Positions 20,943 to 28,775 of a stretch of DNA of 64,000 bases are shown here, piece by piece. This DNA comes from an uncultured Stakelama sp. (GTDB lineage Bacteria; Pseudomonadota; Alphaproteobacteria; Sphingomonadales; Sphingomonadaceae), in NCBI GenBank assembly GCA_964639855.1, contig CAZXFY010000013.1:6756-70755 (forward strand). The letters are read 5' to 3'. Both the position numbers and the translations under genes were made by a program. Every line of letters starts with the position of its first letter. Within the stretch, counting starts at the first letter, position 1. Below the pieces are notes generated by a model. The model saw only the letters and a program-made list of their open reading frames with translations, made no database searches and was not told where the DNA came from.

Positions 20943-21518
20943 TCAGACCGCGCGAACCTCGGTGACCTCGGGCACGTAATATTTGAGCAATTGCTCGATG
21001 CCGTTCTTCAGGGTCGCGGTCGAGGAGGGGCAGCCGGAGCAGGCGCCGTGCATGGTGAGGAACACCTTCCCCTTGTCGAACCCGCGAAAGACGATGTCGC
21101 CGCCGTCATTGGCGACCGCGGGGCGCACGCGCGTGTCGATCAGATCCTTGATCTGGACGATGATGTCCTCGTCTTCCGGATCGTTGCCGAAACTCGCCTC
21201 CTCGACGGGGACGGCGATGCCGGCGGCCGAGCCGGGCTTGAACAGCGGCATGTTGGCCGAGAAATGGTCGAGCAGGATCGCAAGCACGTCGGGCTTGAGC
21301 GTGGTCCATGCGACGCCCGGCGCCGCCGTCACCGAGACGAAATTCCCGCCGAAGAACACGCCCGTCACATCGCCCAGGCCGAACAATGCCTCGGCCAGCG
21401 GCGACGCTTCGGCCTCCTCGGGACTGGCGAAATCGCGCGTGCCGGCCTCCATCACCTTGCGGCCGGGCAGGAACTTGAGCGTCGCCGGATTGGGCGTGGT
21501 TTCGGTCTCGATCAGCAT
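20943..21518 (-). CDS. NifU/Nfu-family Fe-S cluster carrier
   Basis: IETETTPNPATLKF, VRPAVANDGGDI, GACSGCPSS (CxxC). Alternative start at 21527. Confidence 0.92.
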   Translation of the reverse strand: MLIETETTPNPATLKFLPGRKVMEAGTRDFASPEEAEASPLAEALFGLGDVTGVFFGGNFVSVTAAPGVAWTTLKPDVLAILLDHFSANMPLFKPGSAAGIAVPVEEASFGNDPEDEDIIVQIKDLIDTRVRPAVANDGGDIVFRGFDKGKVFLTMHGACSGCPSSTATLKNGIEQLLKYYVPEVTEVRAV

Positions 21519-21604
21519 ATATGCCATGTGGCGGCGATGGCGGTGCGGATCAAGGGGAACCGGGGCGGGGTCTCGCGCGTCGCATTGCCGAAGGAGGAAC
21601 GATC

Positions 21605-21952
21605 ATGGCGCAAGCGAAGAAGACGGGCGGAGACAAGGGCGGCGTCGCCGACAGAATGCGCGACGCGGGCGAGAAGATGCGCGCCTCGGGCGAGCGGGCG
21701 GCCGAACGCGGCACCGAACTCGGCATGAAGCTGCTCGACCAGGCCGAGCAGAACACGCGCGAGGCGTTCGCGGCGATGCGCAAGGCGGCCAGGGCACGCG
21801 ACCTTTCGGAGGTGATGCACGTCCAGGGCGACTATCTGCGCGAGCAGGGCAGCCGATCGATGGCCCAGGCGCGCGAGGTCGGCGAGATGATCGCCAATTT
21901 CGGCCGCGACACGCTCAACCGGATGACGGGCCGCGACGAGGACAAGAAGTAA
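21605..21952 (+). CDS. Phasin-like protein
   Basis: Small helical protein with AEQNTREAFAAMRKAARARDLSEVMHVQGDYLREQ; SD ggagg before ATG 21605. Confidence 0.65.
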   Translation: MAQAKKTGGDKGGVADRMRDAGEKMRASGERAAERGTELGMKLLDQAEQNTREAFAAMRKAARARDLSEVMHVQGDYLREQGSRSMAQAREVGEMIANFGRDTLNRMTGRDEDKK

Positions 21953-22022
21953 AAGCGCTCTCCACTCTTCCCGCATCGGTGTGCTAGCAGGGCGCATCAC
22001 ACCATGAAGCGGGAGAACGGGT

Positions 22023-23969
22023 ATGCGGGTTCGGCTTGGTGGGGCGGCGCTCGCCCTGGTTCTGGCGGGGGCGAGCGGCCTCGCGGTCGCGCAGCAGGTG
22101 CCGGCGGACATCTGGCCGCCCAAGGGCGACATCCCCGAAAACTTCACCCCGCCCACCGAGGGCCGCGATTACATCAAGCGCGAGGTGATGATCCCGATGC
22201 GCGACGGGGTGAAGCTCCACACCGTCATCGTCATCCCCAAGGGGGCGACCAATGCACCGATCATCCTGACGCGCACGCCCTACAACGCCTCCGGCCGGGC
22301 CGAGCGCTCGGACTCCGATTCGATGCTCGCGACGCTGCCGCTCGCCGACGAGCCGTTCGTGAAGGCGGGCTATATCCGCGTCTATCAGGACGTGCGCGGC
22401 AAATACGGATCGGAAGGCGTCTATGTCGTGACGCGTCCGGTGAAGGGGCCGCTCAATCCGACCGACACCGATCACGTCACCGACGCTTACGACACGATCG
22501 ACTGGCTGGTGAACAAGAAGAACCTGCCGCAATCGAACGGCAAGGTCGGCATGATCGGCTCGTCCTACGAAGGCTTCACCGTCGTCATGGCGCTGCTCCA
22601 CCCGCACCCGGCATTGAAGGCCGCGGTGCCCGAAAGCCCGATGGTCGATGGCTGGATGGGCGACGACTGGTTCCATTACGGCGCCTTCCGCCTCGCCAAC
22701 ATCGCCTGGATCGGCGGGCAGACGGGCTACAAGGGGCCGGGCAAGGCGCCGTCCACCGGCGGCTATGACGATTACGACAATTTCCGCCACGGCTCGGCCG
22801 GGGATTGGGCGAAGAAATCGGGTTACGACCAGCTTCCCTTCTGGAAGCGGACGAGCGAGCATCCGGCCTACGACGCCTATTGGCAGGGCCAGGCGCTCGA
22901 CAAGCTCGTCGCCGCCAATCCCTCGAATGTCCCCACGCTCTGGGAACAGGGCCTGTGGGATCAGGAGGACATGTACGGCGCGATCCATAGCTGGGAAGCG
23001 CTCAAGGCCGCGGGGCACATGGGCAACAACCATATCGTCATGGGCCCGTGGCGGCACAGCCAGATCAATCGCGAGGGCCGCAGCCTCGGCCCGTTCGAAT
23101 GGAATGGCGACACCGCCGCGCAATTCCGCGAGGATATGGTGCTGCCCTTCTTCAACCATTATCTGAAGGACGGCCCGGCGCCGAACCTGCCGCCGGCGAT
23201 CATCTACAATACCGGCGAGAACCACTGGGACCGGTTGAGCACCTGGCCGCTCGCCTGTTTCGAAGGCTGCCCCAATCCGTTGAAGCCGATCTATCTCCAG
23301 GCCGATGGCGGGCTGGGCTTCGCGCCCGCGGCGCCGGGCGGCGACAGCTACGTCTCCGATCCCGCCAAGCCCGTCCCGCATCTGCCGCGCCCGGTCAATT
23401 TCCGCGACGGCCGCTGGGGGGATTGGCTGGTGCAGGATCAGCGCAGCTATGACGGGCGCCCCGACGTGATGACCTATCAGACGCCGGTGCTGACCCGGCC
23501 TGTGCGCGTCTCGGGTGCGCCGATCGCGGACATCTTCGCCAGGACGACCGGCACCGACGGCGATTTCGTCGTCAAGGTGATCGATGTCTTCCCGCCCGAA
23601 AACGCGACCGATCCGAAAATGGGCGGCTATCAGCTCGCGATGAGCATGGACATTTTCCGCGGCCGCTACCGCGACAGCTTCGAGCATCCCTCGCCGATCC
23701 CGGCGGGCGAGGTTCAGGAATACAAGTTCCGCCTGCCGACGGTGAATCACGTCTTCCAGCCCGGCCACCGGATCATGGTGCAGATCCAGTCGACGCTGTT
23801 CCCGGTCTATGACCGCAATCCGCAGAAATACGTGCCCAACATCTTCTTCGCCAAGCCCGAGGATTATCAGAAGGCCACGATCACGCTGATGCGCGGGGGC
23901 GAGCAGGGGAGCAAAGTGTGGCTCCCGGTCGTGCCACTCGATCCCGCTGCGGTGATCGGGGAGGAGTGA
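22023..23969 (+). CDS. CocE/NonD family hydrolase (alpha-amino acid ester hydrolase-like), secreted
   Basis: Signal peptide, RTPY, catalytic GSSYEG, GPWRH. Confidence 0.92.
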   Translation: MRVRLGGAALALVLAGASGLAVAQQVPADIWPPKGDIPENFTPPTEGRDYIKREVMIPMRDGVKLHTVIVIPKGATNAPIILTRTPYNASGRAERSDSDSMLATLPLADEPFVKAGYIRVYQDVRGKYGSEGVYVVTRPVKGPLNPTDTDHVTDAYDTIDWLVNKKNLPQSNGKVGMIGSSYEGFTVVMALLHPHPALKAAVPESPMVDGWMGDDWFHYGAFRLANIAWIGGQTGYKGPGKAPSTGGYDDYDNFRHGSAGDWAKKSGYDQLPFWKRTSEHPAYDAYWQGQALDKLVAANPSNVPTLWEQGLWDQEDMYGAIHSWEALKAAGHMGNNHIVMGPWRHSQINREGRSLGPFEWNGDTAAQFREDMVLPFFNHYLKDGPAPNLPPAIIYNTGENHWDRLSTWPLACFEGCPNPLKPIYLQADGGLGFAPAAPGGDSYVSDPAKPVPHLPRPVNFRDGRWGDWLVQDQRSYDGRPDVMTYQTPVLTRPVRVSGAPIADIFARTTGTDGDFVVKVIDVFPPENATDPKMGGYQLAMSMDIFRGRYRDSFEHPSPIPAGEVQEYKFRLPTVNHVFQPGHRIMVQIQSTLFPVYDRNPQKYVPNIFFAKPEDYQKATITLMRGGEQGSKVWLPVVPLDPAAVIGEE

Positions 23970-23994
23970 GACGGCAACAGATCGAACCAAGCGC

Positions 23995-24115
23995 CGTCAT
24001 GCTGAGCGTGTTTCGGCATCCATCATGGTTTTGGGGCAATGAGTTGTCGTTGCTGCGCCTCCATCCATGCCAAGGAAGAAGCATGGATGGACCTTGAAAC
24101 AAGTTCAGGGTGACG
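23995..24115. repeat. Long CGTC-type REP dimer
   Basis: cgtcatgctgagcgtgtttcggcatcc ... ggaccttgaaacaagttcagggtgacg; same subfamily as 42394-42492. Confidence 0.88.
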
Positions 24116-24136
24116 GCGGGGGTATAATCCACCATC

Positions 24137-24180
24137 AAGAAAAAAGGGCGGCCCCCGCGCGGGAGCCGCCCCTTCTTTTG
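24137..24180. terminator. Bidirectional-looking terminator downstream of rplL
   Basis: aagaaaaaa-gggcggc...gccgccc-cttctttt. Confidence 0.75.
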
Positions 24181-24223
24181 CTCTCGCTCCCGGATCGGTC
24201 CGGGACGAAGCAAGCCTTGCGGC

Positions 24224-24607
24224 TTACTTCAGCTCGACCGTGCCGCCCGCGGCCTCGATCTGCGCCTTGAGCTTTTCGGCCTCGTCCTTCGACACGCCTT
24301 CCTTGACGGCCTTGGGCGCGCCCTCGACCAGCGCCTTCGCCTCGGTGAGGCCGAGGCCGGTGATCGCGCGGACCTCCTTGATGACGTTGATCTTCTTGCC
24401 GCCGTCGCCGGTCAGGATGACGTCGAACTCGTCCTTCGCCTCGGCAGCGGCCTCGCCACCGCCGGCGCCGCCGGCCGCGGGGCCGGCAACCGCGACCGCA
24501 GCCGCGGCCGAAACGCCCCACTTCTCTTCGAGAAGCTTGGCAAGGTCCGCCGCCTCGAGGACGGTCAGTTCGGAAAGCTGGTCAACGAGCTTGTTCAGGT
24601 CTGCCAT
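24224..24607 (-). CDS. rplL: 50S ribosomal protein L7/L12
   Basis: [44 protein letters not shown]. Confidence 0.98.
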   Translation of the reverse strand: MADLNKLVDQLSELTVLEAADLAKLLEEKWGVSAAAAVAVAGPAAGGAGGGEAAAEAKDEFDVILTGDGGKKINVIKEVRAITGLGLTEAKALVEGAPKAVKEGVSKDEAEKLKAQIEAAGGTVELK

Positions 24608-24624
24608 TGTTCAATTCCTCAAAT

Positions 24625-24688
24625 CGTCACCCCAGCGAAAGCTGGGGTCTTTCAGTTCAACGAGACCCCAGCTTTCGCTGGGGTGACG
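24625..24688. repeat. Short CGTC-type REP dimer in the rplJ-rplL spacer
   Basis: cgtcaccccagcgaaagctggggtct ... agaccccagctttcgctggggtgacg. Confidence 0.93.
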
Positions 24689-24698
24689 GTTGTTCAGT

Positions 24699-25214
24699 TC
24701 AGGCCGCTTCCTTGGCGCCCTGGGCGGCGAACACGCGCGCGAGCTTCGATGCCGGAGCGGTCGAAAGCTGGGCGATCTTGGTCGCGGGCGCCTGGACGAG
24801 GCCCATGATCTTGGCGCGCAGCTCGTCGAGCGACGGCAGCGAGGCGAGTGCGTTCACACCCTTGACGTCGAGGATCGTCGCGCCCATCGCCCCGCCCACG
24901 ATTTCCAACTTGTCGTTGGTCTTCGCGAAATCCGTCACCACCTTGGCGGCGGCGACCGGATCGGACGAGGTTGCAAGGCCTACCGGGCCGGTCAGCAGGT
25001 CGCTGATCCCGGCATAATCGGTGTCCTCGAGCGCGATCTTGGCAAGCCGGTTCTTCGCGACCTTGTAGCTGGCGCCGGCCTCACGCATCTTGTTACGAAG
25101 CTCGGTCGATTGCGCGACGGTGAGCCCGAGGTTGCGGGTGACGACCACCACGCCGACCTCGTTGAAGGTGCGGTTCAGCTCGGCAACGGCCTCGGTCTTT
25201 TGAGCACGATCCAT
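24699..25214 (-). CDS. rplJ: 50S ribosomal protein L10
   Basis: [38 protein letters not shown]. Start at ATG 25214 with SD ggag. Confidence 0.97.
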   Translation of the reverse strand: MDRAQKTEAVAELNRTFNEVGVVVVTRNLGLTVAQSTELRNKMREAGASYKVAKNRLAKIALEDTDYAGISDLLTGPVGLATSSDPVAAAKVVTDFAKTNDKLEIVGGAMGATILDVKGVNALASLPSLDELRAKIMGLVQAPATKIAQLSTAPASKLARVFAAQGAKEAA

Positions 25215-25364
25215 GCCATTCTCCACGTTTGGCGATCCCGAAGGATCACCGGTTACACGCCGGGCAAAGGGCAAGGGCCCTGCACCCGGTTTGTCCAGCG
25301 ATGGGGAATGGGCGCCGCATGGCAGCGGCAGACCGGCGCGCGGGGCGGCCGGTGAAATCCTTTT

Positions 25365-25420
25365 CCCCGTCTCGGCGGGAAATTAAGCCTGTGAAGGGCA
25401 CCCGCTGTCTCGGACGGCGA
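25365..25420 (-). ncRNA. L10 leader (rplJ autoregulatory structure)
   Basis: The minus strand reads CCGTCCGAGACAGCGGGTG...TTAATTTCCCGCCGAGACGG, matching the general L10-leader layout, in the rplJ 5' UTR. Confidence 0.75.
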
Positions 25421-25449
25421 CCGGAATCAGCGTCCCGGTCGAGCGCAGC

Positions 25450-25477
25450 CCTCTAGCGCGTTCGGCCGGCAAGTCAA
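25450..25477 (-). promoter_or_regulatory. Sigma70-type promoter for rplJL
   Basis: TTGACT-N16-TAGAGG (GCTAGA context), just upstream of the L10 leader. Confidence 0.6.
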
Positions 25478-25588
25478 CCGCGATCGCTTGCGATCTGCCG
25501 CGCAGCACGCGAAACGCACGGGCCGAGAAAGGCAGGAGCGATCCTCGAACGACGATCGCATTGCTTTTTGCCATCTGCGGCGAGCACG

Positions 25589-25623
25589 AAAAAAAAGCCC
25601 CGCGATCATCGATCGCGGGGCTT
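25589..25623 (-). terminator. Terminator of small-protein copy 1
   Basis: aagccccgcgatc-atc-gatcgcggggctt with an A8 run. Confidence 0.85.
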
Positions 25624-25643
25624 CCATATCGGTTGCGCGTCGA

Positions 25644-25934
25644 TCAGCCCGCGCTGTCGGGCTCGTCGTCGCCGTCGGTCGCGACGATGACGCCGGCGAT
25701 AACCGCACCGGCTGCGAGCACGCCGACGCCGATCGCAGCGCCCTGGCTGATCGCGTTGCTCTTCTTCTTGAGCTTGGTCGCGGTCCGGAGGCCGTTGGTC
25801 GGTGCCTGAGCCGTCTGCACTCCCGCGACGGGGAGCGCGCTGCTCGACCGCGTGGCGTCGGCCGCGAAGGCCGCCGTCGAGGTGAGCAGGCAGGCAATAG
25901 CACCAAGGCCGGCGGCGTACTTTCTCCGAGTCAT
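25644..25934 (-). CDS. Small secreted/membrane protein, paralog 1 of 4 (96 aa)
   Basis: MTRRKYAAGLGAIACLLTSTAAFA|ADATRS...GLRTATKLKKKSNA-hydrophobic segment-DGDDEPDSAG; SD gggag. Confidence 0.88.
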   Translation of the reverse strand: MTRRKYAAGLGAIACLLTSTAAFAADATRSSSALPVAGVQTAQAPTNGLRTATKLKKKSNAISQGAAIGVGVLAAGAVIAGVIVATDGDDEPDSAG

Positions 25935-25985
25935 CGTCGTCTCCCTTTGGATAGGTTGCAGGGCGAAATACTCCTCTGGCCGGTA

Positions 25986-26010
25986 AACGCAAGGGGTTTT
26001 TGCTTGTTCC
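25986..26010 (-). promoter_or_regulatory. EcfG/sigma-T-type promoter of copy 1
   Basis: GGAAC-AAGCAAAAACCCCTTG(16)-CGTT, 52 nt upstream of the ATG. Confidence 0.75.
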
Positions 26011-26204
26011 CCATCCATATGGGATGAATCGGTGCGCCCGGGCCACATGCCGAGAGGCGCGGCATCGCAACGCGCAACGTCAACGGGCGGCATGCTCCGG
26101 CGGGCATTCGGGACCAGCACGTCGCGCGCATCGTCAGAACGATCAATTACCGATCGGCGGGGCTGCGCAGCGTCGTTCTTCGGCGCCCGGCTCGAACGGA
26201 TGCG

Positions 26205-26236
26205 AAAGGCCCTGCGATCGCGTGGATCGCAGGGCC
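26205..26236 (-). terminator. Terminator-like hairpin of copy 2
   Basis: ggccctgcgatc-gcgtg-gatcgcagggcc, a perfect 12-bp stem with only a short A run. Confidence 0.7.
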
Positions 26237-26267
26237 AGCGTTTTCCGACCGGTGCCTGTGCGTCGGA

Positions 26268-26570
26268 TCAGCCCGGGCTGTCGGGTCCGTCGTCGTCGTC
26301 ATCGAGTGCGACGTAGACGCCCGTTCCGACCGCGGCGATCCCGATGATGCTGAGCGCGATCACGCCGTCCTGGCCCAATGCGTTGCTCTTCTTCTTGAGC
26401 TTGGTCGCGGTCCGAAGACCGTTGACCGGCGCGGGCGCCGTCTGCGCGATCGGGACGGGGAGCGCGCTGCTCGACCGCGTGGCGTCGGCCGCGAAGGCCG
26501 CCGTCGAGGTGAGCAGGCAAGCAATCGCTCCAAGGCCGGCGGCATACATTCTCGTCGTGCGAATCATCAT
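26268..26570 (-). CDS. Small secreted/membrane protein, paralog 2 of 4 (100 aa)
   Basis: Same leader, GLRTATKLKKKSNA, hydrophobic segment, and DDDDDGPDSPG. Confidence 0.88.
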   Translation of the reverse strand: MMIRTTRMYAAGLGAIACLLTSTAAFAADATRSSSALPVPIAQTAPAPVNGLRTATKLKKKSNALGQDGVIALSIIGIAAVGTGVYVALDDDDDGPDSPG

Positions 26571-26617
26571 CGTCTCCCTTTCCGATGGGGTCGTCGGGCG
26601 GAACTCCTGATCGCGAT

Positions 26618-26642
26618 AACGCGATGAGTCCAGGCTTGTTCC
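26618..26642 (-). promoter_or_regulatory. EcfG/sigma-T-type promoter of copy 2
   Basis: GGAAC-AAGCCTGGACTCATCG(16)-CGTT, 48 nt upstream of the ATG. Confidence 0.75.
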
Positions 26643-26657
26643 ACGCGATCAGGGTGT

Positions 26658-26688
26658 AAAAAGCCCTGCGATGGCGCCACCGCAGGGC
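26658..26688 (-). terminator. Terminator of copy 3
   Basis: aaaaa-gccctgcg...cgcagggc. Confidence 0.7.
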
Positions 26689-26711
26689 CCTTGAGAATCG
26701 CTTGCGCCCGA

Positions 26712-27002
26712 TCAGCCGGGGCTGTCGGCATCGTCGTCGTCGGCCACGACGACGATCGCGGCCCCGACCGCCACCGCGCCCAGGATGCCGACGGCGATCA
26801 TCGCATCCCGGTTCAGCGCGTTGCTCTTCTTCTTGAGCGTGGTCGAAGACCGAAGCCCTTGCGTCGGCGCATGCGTCCCCGGTTGCGCAACCGGATTGAG
26901 GAGCGCGCTGCCCGATCGCGTCGCATCGGCAGCGAAGGCTGCGGTGGAGGCGAGCAGGCACGTGATCGCTCCCAGGCCGGCGGCGTACTTTGTAAGGGTC
27001 AT
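26712..27002 (-). CDS. Small secreted/membrane protein, paralog 3 of 4 (96 aa)
   Basis: KYAAGLGAITCLLASTAAFA, GLRSSTTLKKKSNA, hydrophobic segment, and DDDDADSPG. Confidence 0.88.
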   Translation of the reverse strand: MTLTKYAAGLGAITCLLASTAAFAADATRSGSALLNPVAQPGTHAPTQGLRSSTTLKKKSNALNRDAMIAVGILGAVAVGAAIVVVADDDDADSPG

Positions 27003-27049
27003 CGTCGTCTCCCGTTGGTTGGCTCCAGAGCCTAGTTCATCCCCACGTA

Positions 27050-27074
27050 AACGCGAAGGGTTTTCGGTGGTTCC
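27050..27074 (-). promoter_or_regulatory. EcfG/sigma-T-type promoter of copy 3
   Basis: GGAAC-CACCGAAAACCCTTCG(16)-CGTT, 48 nt upstream of the ATG. Confidence 0.75.
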
Positions 27075-27165
27075 ACCTCGTTTCGCGACGAAAACGACCC
27101 TTCGGTTCGTGCGATCCCGCGCGGCGTCATTGCCGGAATGCCGCGGCGGGAGGCGCAGGAATACG

Positions 27166-27198
27166 AAAAAGGCCCCGCGATCTTCCGACAGCGGGGCC
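27166..27198 (-). terminator. Terminator of copy 4
   Basis: aaaaa-ggccccgc...gcggggcc. Confidence 0.7.
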
Positions 27199-27221
27199 CC
27201 TTGAATTCGCTCGTGGACCGA

Positions 27222-27506
27222 TCAGCCCGCGCTGTCGGGCTCGTCGTCCTGCGTCGCGACCAGAATCCCGCCTCCCACGACGACCGCGCCGATGAGGCCG
27301 ACGCCGATCCATTCGTTTCCGGTGAGCTTGCTCTTCTTCTCGAGCTTGGTCGCGGTCCGGACGCTGCTGGTCGGCGCCGCCTGAACCTGTGCCGCCGGGG
27401 CGGGCAGCGCGCTGGCCGACCGCGTGGCGTCGGCCGCAAAGGCCGCCGTCGAGGTGAGCAGACACGCGATCGCACCGAGCCCGGCCGCGTACTTCATCCG
27501 AGTCAT
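27222..27506 (-). CDS. Small secreted/membrane protein, paralog 4 of 4 (94 aa)
   Basis: MTRMKYAAGLGAIACLLTSTAAFA, VRTATKLEKKSKL, hydrophobic segment, and QDDEPDSAG. Confidence 0.88.
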   Translation of the reverse strand: MTRMKYAAGLGAIACLLTSTAAFAADATRSASALPAPAAQVQAAPTSSVRTATKLEKKSKLTGNEWIGVGLIGAVVVGGGILVATQDDEPDSAG

Positions 27507-27704
27507 TTGGTTTCCCCTTTTCTTGAATATATTGGATGGCGGGATACTCGTCTCGGCGGCGGACGCAAGGGGTTTCTGCTTGTGCGCCATCGATTTGGCA
27601 AACCACCGGTGCAGTCATGTCACATCCGCAACGTCCCCCCGTCGCTCGGGCAAACCGCTCTTCCGCATTGCAGGGCGGCGGGCGTCGATGATAGCCGGCA
27701 CGGC

Positions 27705-28709
27705 ATGAAGAGGGGTCGAGTTCGCCTGTTCGTCTGCCTTCTGGGCGTATGCGTGATGGTCGCGCCGGTCGGTGGCGGCGCCCGCGCGCATCCGCCCGAG
27801 CGCGATCGGCAGGCGCTGTTCGCCGGGTTGCGCGCCGCGGACCTGCGGCTGGCGACGATCGCCTATCGGCTGATGGTCGCCAATGTCGCGCTCTGCGATC
27901 GGCGCGCGGGCGCGACCGGCCTCGTTCTCCACGCGCTCGATTCGTACGATTCGGATGTCCGGGCCGATGCACGGCGCTATTTCCGATTCGAAACGCCGAT
28001 CGCGATCGAGGCTGTCGTTGCGGGAAGCCCGGCCGCGCGCGCCGGTGCCGCCGCCGACCAGTCGGTCGCCGCGATCGACGGCGCCTCCACGCGCGAGGGC
28101 GGGCTGTCGCTCGACGAGGTCCGCGCCCGCCTGGCCGCGATTCCGCCGCGGGGCGCGCTCTCGCTCGCGGTGACGAGCGGCGGGCGCGCGCACCGGCTGA
28201 CGATCGCCGCGGTTCCCGCCTGCGCCGGCCGCGCCGAGCTCAAGCTCACCGACGACCTCAACGCCGCGACCGACGGGCTCGTGCTCCAGGTCAATTCGGC
28301 GATGCTCAACGTGATCGGCGAGGATGACGAGCTCGCCGCGCTCGTCGCGCACGAGCTCGCGCATATTGTGCTCCGCCATCCCGAGCGGCTCACCGCGGCG
28401 CATGTCTCGCGCGGCATGTTCAGCATCTTCGGCCGCAACGCGCGGCTGATCCGCAGGACCGAGATCGAGGCCGACCGGCTGAGCGTCGTGCTGCTCGCCA
28501 ATGCGGGCTACGATCCGCGCGCCGCCGTGCGATTGTGGCGCCGCCACGGCGAGGCGCTGGGCGACGGCGGCCTGCTCGCGGGCACGACGCATCTCGACCT
28601 CGAGGACCGGATCGCGCTGGTCGAGCGCGAGGCGGCGCTGATCCCGCCCGACGGCCCGCGCCCGATCGTGCCCCAGTGGATCGAGAGCCGCACGCAGCCG
28701 CTCGACTGA
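27705..28709 (+). CDS. Secreted PDZ + M48-family zinc metallopeptidase
   Basis: Signal peptide, PDZ-like IEAVVAGSPAARAG, HELAH zinc motif, EIEADR third-ligand motif, AGYDP, and a THx motif. Start at ATG 27705. Confidence 0.85.
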   Translation: MKRGRVRLFVCLLGVCVMVAPVGGGARAHPPERDRQALFAGLRAADLRLATIAYRLMVANVALCDRRAGATGLVLHALDSYDSDVRADARRYFRFETPIAIEAVVAGSPAARAGAAADQSVAAIDGASTREGGLSLDEVRARLAAIPPRGALSLAVTSGGRAHRLTIAAVPACAGRAELKLTDDLNAATDGLVLQVNSAMLNVIGEDDELAALVAHELAHIVLRHPERLTAAHVSRGMFSIFGRNARLIRRTEIEADRLSVVLLANAGYDPRAAVRLWRRHGEALGDGGLLAGTTHLDLEDRIALVEREAALIPPDGPRPIVPQWIESRTQPLD

Positions 28710-28775
28710 CGCGACGCGCTTGACGCGCACGCGCCTTCCCCCGCACCGTCGAACGCGAAGAAGGAGAGGGGGCCG

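Noticed and set aside
25644-27506. Small-gene array as CRISPR, Flp/type IV pilins or PEP-CTERM proteins
   Set aside because: The units are ~0.5-0.6 kb genes rather than repeat-spacer units. There is no prepilin G|xxxxE motif and no PEP motif, and the charge order around the hydrophobic segment is opposite to PEP-CTERM. A short lipoprotein signal at Cys (GAIAC) is a poor lipobox, but not fully excluded.
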